A DNA stretch of 14,926 bases from Nanobdellota archaeon (GTDB lineage Archaea > Nanobdellota > Nanobdellia > SCGC-AAA011-G17 > JACPNG01), in NCBI GenBank assembly GCA_038046345.1, contig JBBSWJ010000024.1, positions 1 to 14,926 on the forward strand. The letters run 5' to 3'. The position numbers and the translations under genes are program-made. Within the stretch, counting starts at the first letter, position 1, and each line of letters starts with the position of its first letter. The notes under the pieces are model-generated. The model made no database searches, was not told the DNA's origin, and saw only the letters and a list, made by a program, of their open reading frames with translations. Below, piece by piece: positions 6,935 to 14,926 of the stretch.

Positions 6935-6964
6935 TCTTTTAAACAAAAACGCTTAAACAAAAAC

Positions 6965-7393
6965 ATGGCATATACCTTCTTAGAAGACGTAGCAACAGCA
7001 GATGTAGCCTTTGACGCAGAAGGAGAAGATATAGATGAATTGTTTAAATCATGCGCAGAAGCAACATTCGAAGTAATGGCGGACCTAACCACAGTGGGGC
7101 AAGACACAGAAAAAAAGATAATACTAGAAAACAAAAAAGTTGACAAACTACTGTATGAATTCCTTGAAGAATTAATATACATAAAAGACTTAGACTGCAT
7201 ACTCTTCTCAGATTTTGATATTAAAATAAAAAAAGAAGACGGGATATACCAACTAGAAGCAACAGCATACGGATCAACTATTAACTCAGAAAAACAAGAC
7301 TTAAAAGCCGACGTAAAAGCAGTAACACTGCACATGTTTGAAGTAAAACAAACCAAAGACGGATGGAAAGCAAGAGTTGTACTTGATATTTAA
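6965..7393 (+). CDS. Archease (RtcB activating cofactor)
   Basis: FLEDVATADV, LLYEFLEELIY, DVKAVTLH and terminal VVLDI motifs; immediately downstream of rtcB. Confidence 0.95.
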   Translation: MAYTFLEDVATADVAFDAEGEDIDELFKSCAEATFEVMADLTTVGQDTEKKIILENKKVDKLLYEFLEELIYIKDLDCILFSDFDIKIKKEDGIYQLEATAYGSTINSEKQDLKADVKAVTLHMFEVKQTKDGWKARVVLDI

Positions 7394-7881
7394 GTCTTCC
7401 AAAACCAAAAACGAATAATACGATGCGGTTTGCCGCTAACACTAGAGCTTATGAAAACATCACTCGCATAAATCTCTTTTTCTAAAGGATACGCACCAGT
7501 AGGAACATAACAATCAGTATCTGGATCACAAGATGCAGAAGGATCAGTACACAAATTCTCCAAATCACACACGCAATCAGGATCAGTACACAAACGAAAA
7601 GCATAATCATAAGGAATATTTTTAACATTATCCTCAATAACCTGGCCAACAAGCTCAGAAACAGAATCCCCGCCACATAGAGTACTATCAATAACACACG
7701 CACGCAGCACTTCATCAATTTCAAATACACCCCTGATTACATTCTGCGCTGCAGATACACCGCGAGGAACTTCAGGAGAACGCTCAGATGTTCTAACCAC
7801 CGCAGAATAAGCAACCAGCAATATGATAACTACCGCAATAACTGATTCTATAGTCTTAATATATCCCTGCTTGTTTACCAT
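7390..7881 (-). CDS. Minor pilin-like protein with class III signal peptide and Cys/Asp-rich segment
   Basis: MVNKQG|YIKTIESVIAVVIILLV; 8 Cys; last gene of the pilus operon. Confidence 0.7.
   Translation of the reverse strand: MVNKQGYIKTIESVIAVVIILLVAYSAVVRTSERSPEVPRGVSAAQNVIRGVFEIDEVLRACVIDSTLCGGDSVSELVGQVIEDNVKNIPYDYAFRLCTDPDCVCDLENLCTDPSASCDPDTDCYVPTGAYPLEKEIYASDVFISSSVSGKPHRIIRFWFWKT
7540..7594. repeat. Intragenic 16-bp direct repeat AGGATCAGTACACAAA (7540-7555, 7579-7594), encoding LCTDP twice
   Basis: Exact copies 39 bp (13 codons) apart. Confidence 0.85.
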
Positions 7882-8642
7882 GCCTGGATTATAAGGTCTA
7901 TACGCCCTTCAACCTCTCCGTCAATATTCATATCAATCCCGGAAATAGTACTAGCAACAATATCAACATCATTTGGAGGATTATTATTCGGATGGCAATC
8001 ACTCAAATCATTAGCACAAATACGAAAGTTTCTTGTTAATGGTAATTTAAACTCTTCCTTGACAGCAGAATAATCATTATCCAATCTGCTAAAAAGATCA
8101 TCAAGCTTATCCCTACTCCAACCAAAACTCCACTCAGCAACACCAACATCAAATGAGCTTATCACCATACATGGATCACACAACGGGGCACCATGACCAC
8201 CATAGCTGCTTTCAGAATAAAAAAGCTTAAACGTATTAATAGAACTTGGCACAACACTATCAATAACAAGCTCAACAGGCGTATTACATGACTGAACAGA
8301 TCCAAGACTAAAATCAACAGAATCCCTGCTAGAAGGACTGGTCATACCCAACTTAAAATGATCACCCGGTATAGCAGCATCACTACAAAAAGGAAATACA
8401 CTAGGAAAGATTAGCTTAACAGTACTGATATCAACATCTGTAACAAAACTTATTGGAACCTTACCAACACCATGAAGAATTCTCTCATCAACATTATCAG
8501 TAATAAGCCCAATTAAATAACCAGAAGAAAACGCAGGAAGAATACCTGGTTTAAAAAAAATAAGTATCCCAAAAACAACAATCAGAAAAATCCCCATACT
8601 CAATATCCAATCAACATGAACAGCACCCCTAGTTGAGCTCAT
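7875..8642 (-). CDS. Minor pilin-like protein with class III signal peptide
   Basis: MSSTRG|AVHVDWILSMGIFLIVVFGILIFF, then a beta-rich domain with 6 Cys; ATGA-coupled to pilC. Confidence 0.72.
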   Translation of the reverse strand: MSSTRGAVHVDWILSMGIFLIVVFGILIFFKPGILPAFSSGYLIGLITDNVDERILHGVGKVPISFVTDVDISTVKLIFPSVFPFCSDAAIPGDHFKLGMTSPSSRDSVDFSLGSVQSCNTPVELVIDSVVPSSINTFKLFYSESSYGGHGAPLCDPCMVISSFDVGVAEWSFGWSRDKLDDLFSRLDNDYSAVKEEFKLPLTRNFRICANDLSDCHPNNNPPNDVDIVASTISGIDMNIDGEVEGRIDLIIQAW

Positions 8643-9511
8643 ATGCCACCTTTAACCAAGGTTATAGCTAATAATGCGCTGGTTATTAATATTAGACTGT
8701 GGACTAAACCCTGTTTGATAGAACCTTCAGAAAACTTACCAATGGTTAAACCAGCAAAAAAACCCTGAATAATAATCAAGAAGAAAAAAATACTATCAAG
8801 ATCAACATCAGAAGTTCCGCTGCCTGCACTTTTAAGCACACCACTAAAAGGACCAGAACCAATAACTGACTTACCCTCAAAAGCAACATCACTGCTAAGT
8901 ATTGAAAGTTGCGGTGTAAGCCATAGCTGGATAACTAACATTATTGCTATAAAAATATAAAAGACAATATACCCTTGGATAATCTGACCATGAGTTTCAG
9001 AACGGCGCTCCTCTCTCAGCCGCTTGATTGTGTAAACACTTTCACTAACAGATTCAAGAACACTACGAATATCCCCGCCCGATTTATCAGCCTCAATAAT
9101 AATAGAAATAGAACGCTTAATCATACTGTTACCAGTGTCATTACTCATGATTATAAGAGCACGATGCAGAGGAATACCCCACTCAATCTGATTAGCAAGC
9201 TTCTTAACATACGGAGAAAATGGACCATAATCCTCATCAGCAATATGCCCCACTGACTTGGATAACGGTATCCCAGAACGAACAGAACCAACAAGAGAAC
9301 GAATAAACTCCAAAAACTTTAACTCAATTTCTTTCTGACGCTGTAACTCCAAATAAAAATCATACCAAAAATGACCCCAGCAGATATTAATAGAAAGAAT
9401 CAAAACAGCAACAAACCAACGAGTGTTCAATAAAAGAAAAAAATCAATAACCGCAGTAATAATACCTAAAACAATTGAAACTAGATAGATTGGCTTAAAA
9501 CGAATTCTCAT
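8639..9511 (-). CDS. pilC: Type II secretion system F / PilC-TadC membrane platform protein
   Basis: FLEFIRSLVGSVRSGIPL, DYGPFSPYVKKLANQIEWGIP and IEADKSGGDIRSVLESV motifs with several TM helices. Confidence 0.9.
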   Translation of the reverse strand: MRIRFKPIYLVSIVLGIITAVIDFFLLLNTRWFVAVLILSINICWGHFWYDFYLELQRQKEIELKFLEFIRSLVGSVRSGIPLSKSVGHIADEDYGPFSPYVKKLANQIEWGIPLHRALIIMSNDTGNSMIKRSISIIIEADKSGGDIRSVLESVSESVYTIKRLREERRSETHGQIIQGYIVFYIFIAIMLVIQLWLTPQLSILSSDVAFEGKSVIGSGPFSGVLKSAGSGTSDVDLDSIFFFLIIIQGFFAGLTIGKFSEGSIKQGLVHSLILITSALLAITLVKGGI

Positions 9512-10794
9512 GCTGGCTGCAATACCCCCACTATAACTATGAAAAGTATATGCAACAATGGGATAACAACAAAAGTACCACCAACCGCTATTGTCCCCGC
9601 AGTTAAACCCACAATATTTCCACCAAGCATAGGAGTATTAATTATTGCCAACAGCACAAACAACATCATCGGTGCAGCAAGAGTAACACCAATATAAACA
9701 TCTGAAAATGTTGACAATGTCTGTAAGAATTTCTTCCTTTCAGTTTCATACGCACTTAATGCTTCATCTGCCTTGACAGATAAATAATTCTTTAGGTCAC
9801 CACCAGTCTCAATAGTTGTAACAATCCCAGACAATAATTCCTGGAAAGGCCTTAAAGGTGTTCTAGCAGCAACCAACCTTAAACTTGTAGTGAGATTATA
9901 ACCAAAGAGGTTAACATAATTAATTACCTTTTTGATTTCAGGCTCCAATGCTTTGTATTCTTCAGCACTAAGAACAAGATTAAACATACTAATCGGTTGA
10001 GCACCTGACCCGGCTACAGCAGCCATATGAACAACCACAAAAGGGAAATCAGCCTTCATAGATTTACGCTTCTGATTCTTCACATAAGCAGGATAGTAAT
10101 ACATAGAAAAAAATATAATGATTAAACCACTGACACCTAAAAGAAAAGAATTAAGAATACGCAACAATATCCCATCAAACAAAAAAAGACCAGTGAATAA
10201 AAATAGGATAAACCCGGCAATAGAAAATAAAAACATCATACTAAGGTATGTTTTATTTAAAATACCCAAATCAGCTGCCCTAACAGAATCAAAAAGATAT
10301 CTAAGAGATTCACCATATTTTTTGCTTACACTCAAGCTTATATCACCAAAAAAAGTATTAGCAAACCTACCAACACCTGATGGATGGTAAAGAACATAAT
10401 TAACCAAAGCAATATTAGTTTCCTTCTTTTTTTTCTTGGACCTAATAAACCTGCGAAACGCTTCATTGTCAATGTCTAGCTGCGGTAGATGCTTTACTTC
10501 AGCCGGTTTAACTATCTGAGAAACTTTCTCCGGTTTTACTGGAAGAACAACATTCTTCTGATCTGGTAACTTAGACCGTAAGTGCTTGATATAACGATCA
10601 TAACTATTAATAAACTCATCTTCAGATTTTCCGTTTGTAGTCTCGTAAAGCCTTTGATCATATTCCTTTTTAGATATTTGTTTTGAGACCAGCGCGCCAC
10701 GCAAACTAACTAAAAAGTCAGAAGCCTGAACCCTCGCCTGTTCATACTCTCCAATTTCTTTTTTCAGATCATCAATTCTTTTCAGATCAACCAT
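9508..10794 (-). CDS. pilC: Type II secretion system F / PilC-TadC protein with long N-terminal extension
   Basis: DFPFVVVHMAAVAGSG, EIKKVINYVNLFGYNLTTSL and TTIETGGDLKNYL motifs with TM helices. Confidence 0.9.
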   Translation of the reverse strand: MVDLKRIDDLKKEIGEYEQARVQASDFLVSLRGALVSKQISKKEYDQRLYETTNGKSEDEFINSYDRYIKHLRSKLPDQKNVVLPVKPEKVSQIVKPAEVKHLPQLDIDNEAFRRFIRSKKKKKETNIALVNYVLYHPSGVGRFANTFFGDISLSVSKKYGESLRYLFDSVRAADLGILNKTYLSMMFLFSIAGFILFLFTGLFLFDGILLRILNSFLLGVSGLIIIFFSMYYYPAYVKNQKRKSMKADFPFVVVHMAAVAGSGAQPISMFNLVLSAEEYKALEPEIKKVINYVNLFGYNLTTSLRLVAARTPLRPFQELLSGIVTTIETGGDLKNYLSVKADEALSAYETERKKFLQTLSTFSDVYIGVTLAAPMMLFVLLAIINTPMLGGNIVGLTAGTIAVGGTFVVIPLLHILFIVIVGVLQPA

Positions 10795-10800
10795 AAGCCC

Positions 10801-12363
10801 TCAAATCTTAAAACGATCAAGCACATTTTTAGGATTTTTATAATAATCATTGATAATAACCTGCACCTCTTTAAAACCAAAAATCTTACTCTTAAGAAGG
10901 TGGTATAATAACTTTGAACGAACATTAAACTCATAATCAAGAACCGACTTTTTAACGCCATGACGCATAACAATCTTATCAAACATAACACTCTTTGTCT
11001 TAAAAAAGAATTTATCACTAGCCGGATCACGAACAAGCGGAGTATTAGTAACAGCATTGCCATCTGCCTGAACGCTAACAACCTCCACAACTTCCTGAAG
11101 ACGACGAACAACTTTACCACCAACCCTTGCCTGAACAAGCACACAAACAGCATCAAGTGACTGCACAAGTGTTGGAGAGAGATTGATAGGTTCAGTTTCC
11201 AAACGACGAATAAGAGTTTCAACAGACTCAGCATGCATAGTGCTTATAACCGGATGACCTGAAGCAGCACCCTGAAACATAACAAATGCTTCACTACCAC
11301 GAATTTCTCCAACAACAACATAATCCGGACGCTGACGAAAACTCTCCTTCAATAATTCAAACATACTAACAGCACCACTCTTCTCTCCAAGAAGATTTTC
11401 AGAACCAAAACCTGCACGAGAAACAGAAGGAAGCCAGTTTTCATGCATTAGATTAAGCTCTTTAGTATCCTCAATTGTTACAATACGCGCAGCCGGCGGT
11501 ATGAAAAAAGCCAACGCATTCAAAAAGCTTGTCTTACCAGAAGCAGTAGCACCAATAATAATAATATTTGCACCATACTCTACAAGTATCCACAAATAAG
11601 CCAGCACCTCGGGCGATACAGTACGGAATTCCATAAGCTTAATTGGCGTCCAAGGAGTTTGAGTAAAACGACGAATAGTAAAAGTAGGACCACGAGTACT
11701 GATATCTGAAGAATAAGTACAGTTTAATCTTGATCCATCTGGTAATCTGCCATCAAGTAATGGCGTGGCATAAGAAATATACTTACCTGCTTTTTGAGCA
11801 AGTTTCTCAACAAAGTTAGTTAGCTTACCCATCTCAGTGAATATTATGTTAGTTCTTAGATTTCTGTATTTTCTATGAACAATGTATATTGGCGTATTAA
11901 TCCCGTTACATTCTATATCTTCCACATAGTAATCATTAATCATTGCTTCAATATCATTCAACCCAACAAAATTCCTCCAAATAAAGTACATTATCTTCAA
12001 AAAAGACTCCTCAGAAACAGAAACCTGAAATTCCCGCATGATAATATTAACATTTCTCTCAAGGTATTCCATAACTACGTTTGGACTTTGTACATTCAAA
12101 AAACTAATATTAATCAATTCACGAATACCATCCTCAACAAGGGAAAAAACTTTTTTTTCTTGATCTGTAAGATTTGGCTCCTCCACCTCATAGACTAGGT
12201 CTTTACTGTCTGCCTCATGATGGATATGAATATTTGCGTATGGCTTAATTACTGAATAACGAACATCAAGATTACTTGAAAGATCCGGCAGCTCTACAAT
12301 GTCCTGCCTTAAGTCAACTGAAAAGATTGGTTTAAACTGAGCATCTATATTTTTTGATACCAA
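10801..12363 (-). CDS. pilB: Type IV pilus assembly ATPase (PilB/TadA/VirB11 family)
   Basis: Walker A GATASGKTS, Asp box TIEDTKEL, Walker B VVVGEIRG, His box HPVISTMH and LPDGSRL. TTG start with a GGGGGTGA Shine-Dalgarno (12378-12371) 7 nt upstream. Confidence 0.95.
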   Translation of the reverse strand: MVSKNIDAQFKPIFSVDLRQDIVELPDLSSNLDVRYSVIKPYANIHIHHEADSKDLVYEVEEPNLTDQEKKVFSLVEDGIRELINISFLNVQSPNVVMEYLERNVNIIMREFQVSVSEESFLKIMYFIWRNFVGLNDIEAMINDYYVEDIECNGINTPIYIVHRKYRNLRTNIIFTEMGKLTNFVEKLAQKAGKYISYATPLLDGRLPDGSRLNCTYSSDISTRGPTFTIRRFTQTPWTPIKLMEFRTVSPEVLAYLWILVEYGANIIIIGATASGKTSFLNALAFFIPPAARIVTIEDTKELNLMHENWLPSVSRAGFGSENLLGEKSGAVSMFELLKESFRQRPDYVVVGEIRGSEAFVMFQGAASGHPVISTMHAESVETLIRRLETEPINLSPTLVQSLDAVCVLVQARVGGKVVRRLQEVVEVVSVQADGNAVTNTPLVRDPASDKFFFKTKSVMFDKIVMRHGVKKSVLDYEFNVRSKLLYHLLKSKIFGFKEVQVIINDYYKNPKNVLDRFKI

Positions 12364-12404
12364 ATCATATTCACCCCCATTATGATAAAAGCTAGTATGT
12401 TTAT

Positions 12405-12418
12405 TAATATAACTTTCG
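12405..12418 (-). promoter_or_regulatory. BRE-TATA promoter for pilB-pilC-minor pilins
   Basis: CGAAAG-TTATATTA on the minus strand; nearly the same as GAAAC-TTATATTA at 12960-12972. Confidence 0.55.
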
Positions 12419-12437
12419 GTAAAACATCATTAAAAGA

Positions 12438-12935
12438 CTAACAGCCAGGCAAAGAAATACGCTCATCTTTACCAAAAGATTGAGAAACATCAGTACAAAC
12501 ACGACTTTCATCACCAATAAAAACAGACGGCGTGACCTCAATAAGGCTAACAGTAACAGCTGCAGACTGACTACTAAAAATCTCACTAAATGTTTTAGAA
12601 ATAAATCTTTTCATTGTATACGGTGGAATGTTGTCAAATTTAATGTTTTTAATCTCACCATTAGTGCCTGTAACTTTAACAGAAATCTCAGAGAGTTCAA
12701 CAGAACCATCATTTGCAAGTATAAAATGCAGTCTATTGTTCATAATGCATACCTCTGATAATTTGAAATCAATATCCTGATTGCAAACAACCTGCAAGCT
12801 CAACGAAGCACCAGTATCATCACGAATATCTTCAACAAAAATATCACTCCAATTGATCAAAAGTGCAGCAACAACAACAGAAAACCCAATTATCATAACT
12901 GTTGCAACAAGCGGGGTAACACCTTTTCTTTGCAT
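12438..12935 (-). CDS. pilA: Archaeal type IV pilin
   Basis: Canonical MQRKG|VTPLVATVMIIGFSVVVAALL; four Cys; own TATA box at 12960-12967. Confidence 0.88.
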   Translation of the reverse strand: MQRKGVTPLVATVMIIGFSVVVAALLINWSDIFVEDIRDDTGASLSLQVVCNQDIDFKLSEVCIMNNRLHFILANDGSVELSEISVKVTGTNGEIKNIKFDNIPPYTMKRFISKTFSEIFSSQSAAVTVSLIEVTPSVFIGDESRVCTDVSQSFGKDERISLPGC

Positions 12936-12980
12936 TTAATAGATACTAAGAACAATGGTTAATATAAGTTTCTATTAAAC

Positions 12981-13520
12981 TTAAGAAACTGTAATCTCAA
13001 TCTTTGGAATAACCTCTGTAGAAAACCCAGTATTCTCAATCTTTAAAGAAAAGACACCTTGAAATGGACTTGCCAAGGAATTTTCTGTAATAATAAGATC
13101 AGCAACTTTTGATTCATCATCACTAAACTTTCTTGTGATTGTCATAACATAATCATCACCAGTTGGGCTTTCAGAAAGCAATATCACTAAATTACCCTCT
13201 TTAAATTCTATACCAGGACTAACAAGCTCAGCATTAGTTTCAAAATTCCAGACTATAGTATTAGTTACTTCATCAATAATTATCTTACCTTTCTCAACAG
13301 AGAATGGTGAAATAAAACGAGCAGATCCAGGACCATCATTAGAAACATCAACAATGTTTTCATCAAGAGTCTGCATTACACCTTTTGAACTACGAAAAAT
13401 GTTCTGATCAATATACTTATTCACCACAGGCATTGCAATAGCAAGCAGTATTGAAAGGATAATAAGACCTAATGCTAAATATAAAACAGCAGAAATCCAG
13501 ATATCACCTTTTTTACCCAT
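12981..13520 (-). CDS. Minor pilin-like protein (likely start MGKKG at 13520)
   Basis: MGKKG|DIWISAVLYLALGLIILSILL class III signal peptide; TATA-like TTTATTAA at 13542-13549 fits the 13520 start. Confidence 0.78.
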   Translation of the reverse strand: MGKKGDIWISAVLYLALGLIILSILLAIAMPVVNKYIDQNIFRSSKGVMQTLDENIVDVSNDGPGSARFISPFSVEKGKIIIDEVTNTIVWNFETNAELVSPGIEFKEGNLVILLSESPTGDDYVMTITRKFSDDESKVADLIITENSLASPFQGVFSLKIENTGFSTEVIPKIEITVS

Positions 13521-13566
13521 GGTATTAATCATAAAAATATATTAATAAACTTAACTAAAATAAAAT

Positions 13567-14106
13567 TTAGCAACCTTCAAATGGCTCACCATTACGATTA
13601 CCAAATGTCTGAACCACAGCATCACAACCATGGATCACACCACCAACATTAACTGAAACAAACATTTCTATGAACGCAGGTTCATCCGGTTTAATACCAC
13701 CAATATCAGTACCAATATTATCAACTACCATTAAGTATGATTTAAATGGTTCAACTTTTTGCTCCTGCCTTACAAACGTGTCACTTGACTCCCCGCTCTT
13801 ACTTTCATAACGCATAAATATATCTTCTATCCTAATGCCCCCATTATTATTAACATTAACCTCCAGCCCTTTAACACCCGTAACCGGATCTGTCAAACAC
13901 TTAGCGCTAGATATATCAAAACGTAAATCATTTACACAAACAAACTGTATCTCAGTAGTTTCGCTAGTATCCTCTTGAACAGTTTTAAAAAAATCAGTAC
14001 CCCAATTAATAATCAAAACAGCAAGAATAACAGTAAAACCAATAATCAAAACAGTCGCAATTAAAGGAGAAACACCACTCTTAGACAGACTACCCTCTTT
14101 TACCAT
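13567..14106 (-). CDS. pilA: Archaeal type IV pilin (tandem paralog 2)
   Basis: SKSG|VSPLIATVLIIGFTVILAVLIINWG; four Cys; ends FEGC. Confidence 0.88.
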   Translation of the reverse strand: MVKEGSLSKSGVSPLIATVLIIGFTVILAVLIINWGTDFFKTVQEDTSETTEIQFVCVNDLRFDISSAKCLTDPVTGVKGLEVNVNNNGGIRIEDIFMRYESKSGESSDTFVRQEQKVEPFKSYLMVVDNIGTDIGGIKPDEPAFIEMFVSVNVGGVIHGCDAVVQTFGNRNGEPFEGC

Positions 14107-14598
14107 ATCAACATCCCTCTAATCTCCTACCAGAATCAAGATCACCAAATGACTCAACATTCTCGCTACAGGTATACTCTACATTGTTAATTAGCACAAT
14201 TGGAAAAACATCAACCTTACCAGTATCAATATCCCCAAGATCTGTTGAATCAATAACCAAAGTAGTTGTACCATATGCCTCAAGAGTCTCACCCATAACC
14301 TGCTTAACTCCATTTCGCTCACTGTCTCCATAATCAAAATTAATAAACCTAACAACAAAACCTTGTATACTATAATCAGCATTGTTCTTAACTGTAACTA
14401 GGAGATCACCACCAACACATTTCGCACCAGAAACCTCAAACTTCACATCATTAGTACAAACAAACTGAGTCTCAGTAGTCTTGCTAGTATCCTCTTGAAC
14501 AGTCTGAAAAAAATCAGTACCCCAATTAATAATCAAAACAGCAAGAATAACAGTAAAACCAATAATCAAAACAGTAGCAATTAAAGGAGAAACACCAC
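13936..14598. repeat. 143-bp direct repeat shared by the 5' regions of the tandem pilins (13936-14078 and 14456-14598)
   Basis: Ungapped, offset 520, 7 mismatches; perfect 69-bp core (13987-14055 vs 14507-14575). Confidence 0.95.
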
Positions 14599-14623
14599 CC
14601 TTGCTTATAGCATTTTTTTCCAT
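14108..14623 (-). CDS. pilA: Archaeal type IV pilin (tandem paralog 1)
   Basis: SKGG|VSPLIATVLIIGFTVILAVLIINWG; four Cys; ends LEGC; TATA box TTTATATA at 14660-14667. Confidence 0.88.
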   Translation of the reverse strand: MEKNAISKGGVSPLIATVLIIGFTVILAVLIINWGTDFFQTVQEDTSKTTETQFVCTNDVKFEVSGAKCVGGDLLVTVKNNADYSIQGFVVRFINFDYGDSERNGVKQVMGETLEAYGTTTLVIDSTDLGDIDTGKVDVFPIVLINNVEYTCSENVESFGDLDSGRRLEGC

Positions 14624-14755
14624 TAAAGATTGCCTCTTTATATTATTAATAATAAATCATATATAAATCTTTGTACAACAGTTTGATGAACCACATAATC
14701 TAAAACTTTTCTTTTCTCTCTCTGCCGCAATAAAAGGTGATGATTCTTAAGTCGA

Positions 14756-14860
14756 ATGGCGGAGAAAAATAAAATCAGAGAAAACTTATTGAAATACTGC
14801 GGGTTGGATACTTTAGCAGGGGTTATGACTATTGAGAAATTGCGGGAGACAGTTCTTTGA
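14756..14860 (+). pseudogene. 3'-terminal remnant resembling a DUF2779/TM0106-type nuclease C-terminus
   Basis: MAEKNKIRENLLKYCGLDTLAGVMTIEKLRETVL*, with two in-frame stops just upstream (14738-14743). LL-x-YC-x-LDTLA is recalled as typical of that family's last helix. Confidence 0.55.
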
Positions 14861-14926
14861 TAATTTTTTTACATTTTTCTATTGCTTGTTTTGCAGTTTC
14901 ATAATCCATTCTATTCCCATAATAAG
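14829..14926 (-). CDS. C-terminal end of a probable HEPN-domain protein entering from the right edge
   Basis: YYGNRMDYETAKQAIEKCKKIIKELSPAISQ* resembles the final HEPN helix (Y...EEA-x-x-AIE-x-A-x-x-I). The R-x4-6-H motif would lie outside the window. Confidence 0.45.
   Translation of the reverse strand, partial: YYGNRMDYETAKQAIEKCKKIIKELSPAISQ

Noticed and set aside
7390-7393. Overlapping stop codons (TTAA) of archease and the last pilus gene, suggesting a functional link
   Set aside because: Tail-to-tail compaction is common in reduced genomes and gives no evidence of shared function.
41-14382. Antisense or alternate-frame ORFs in the track (e.g. 41-226, 1059-1508, 3914-4096, 4841-5026, 5650-5928, 5979-6164, 6331-6516, 6411-6734, 6838-7356, 7482-7730, 8975-9256, 10118-10390, 10782-11234, 10960-11160, 11875-12198, 12404-12586, 12480-12758, 14191-14382)
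   Set aside because: They overlap well-supported genes, have no recognisable motifs, and show the composition expected of shadow frames.
7390-14623. Archaellum (motility) operon
   Set aside because: No ArlH/FlaH ATPase or recognisable archaellin, ArlF or ArlG. Two TadC-like proteins plus VSP-type pilins indicate a type IV pilus.
14641-14654. Perfect 14-bp palindrome TATTATTAATAATA between the pilin TATA box and start codon
   Set aside because: It is purely A/T in a very AT-rich intergenic region, so its significance is low.
1-14926. tRNA, rRNA, CRISPR array, transposase or integrase genes
   Set aside because: No cloverleaf or T-loop signatures, regularly spaced repeats, or DDE, HUH or recombinase ORFs were seen.

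Overview
AT-rich archaeal DNA, most likely a DPANN archaeon (Woesearchaeota/Pacearchaeota-like; inferred from gene content and BRE-TATA promoters). Core genes: mscS, marC, the arvABC/oapABC GTPase operon, rtcB plus archease, and a minus-strand type IV pilus locus (PilB ATPase, two PilC/TadC proteins, six class III signal-peptide pilin-like genes). Small accessory patches lie between them. They are: an ASCH gene with a 5'-truncated PUA/ASCH remnant, two small hypotheticals, a RelE-type toxin-antitoxin pair, a probable DUF2779 remnant and the end of a probable HEPN gene. The strongest signal is at rtcB. Its promoter and first 53 codons occur twice (4627-4834 and 5409-5616, 201/208 identical, all coding differences synonymous), with the toxin-antitoxin pair between the copies and head-to-head with the intact RNA ligase. 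A 14-15 bp motif, ACTTTA(CA/TGT)GCTAAC-like, recurs at four core/accessory boundaries and may be a gene-capture site. Two tandem pilins have near-identical N-terminal DNA but divergent heads. No integrase, transposase, tRNA, rRNA or CRISPR array was seen. Family assignments come from recalled motifs, not database searches.
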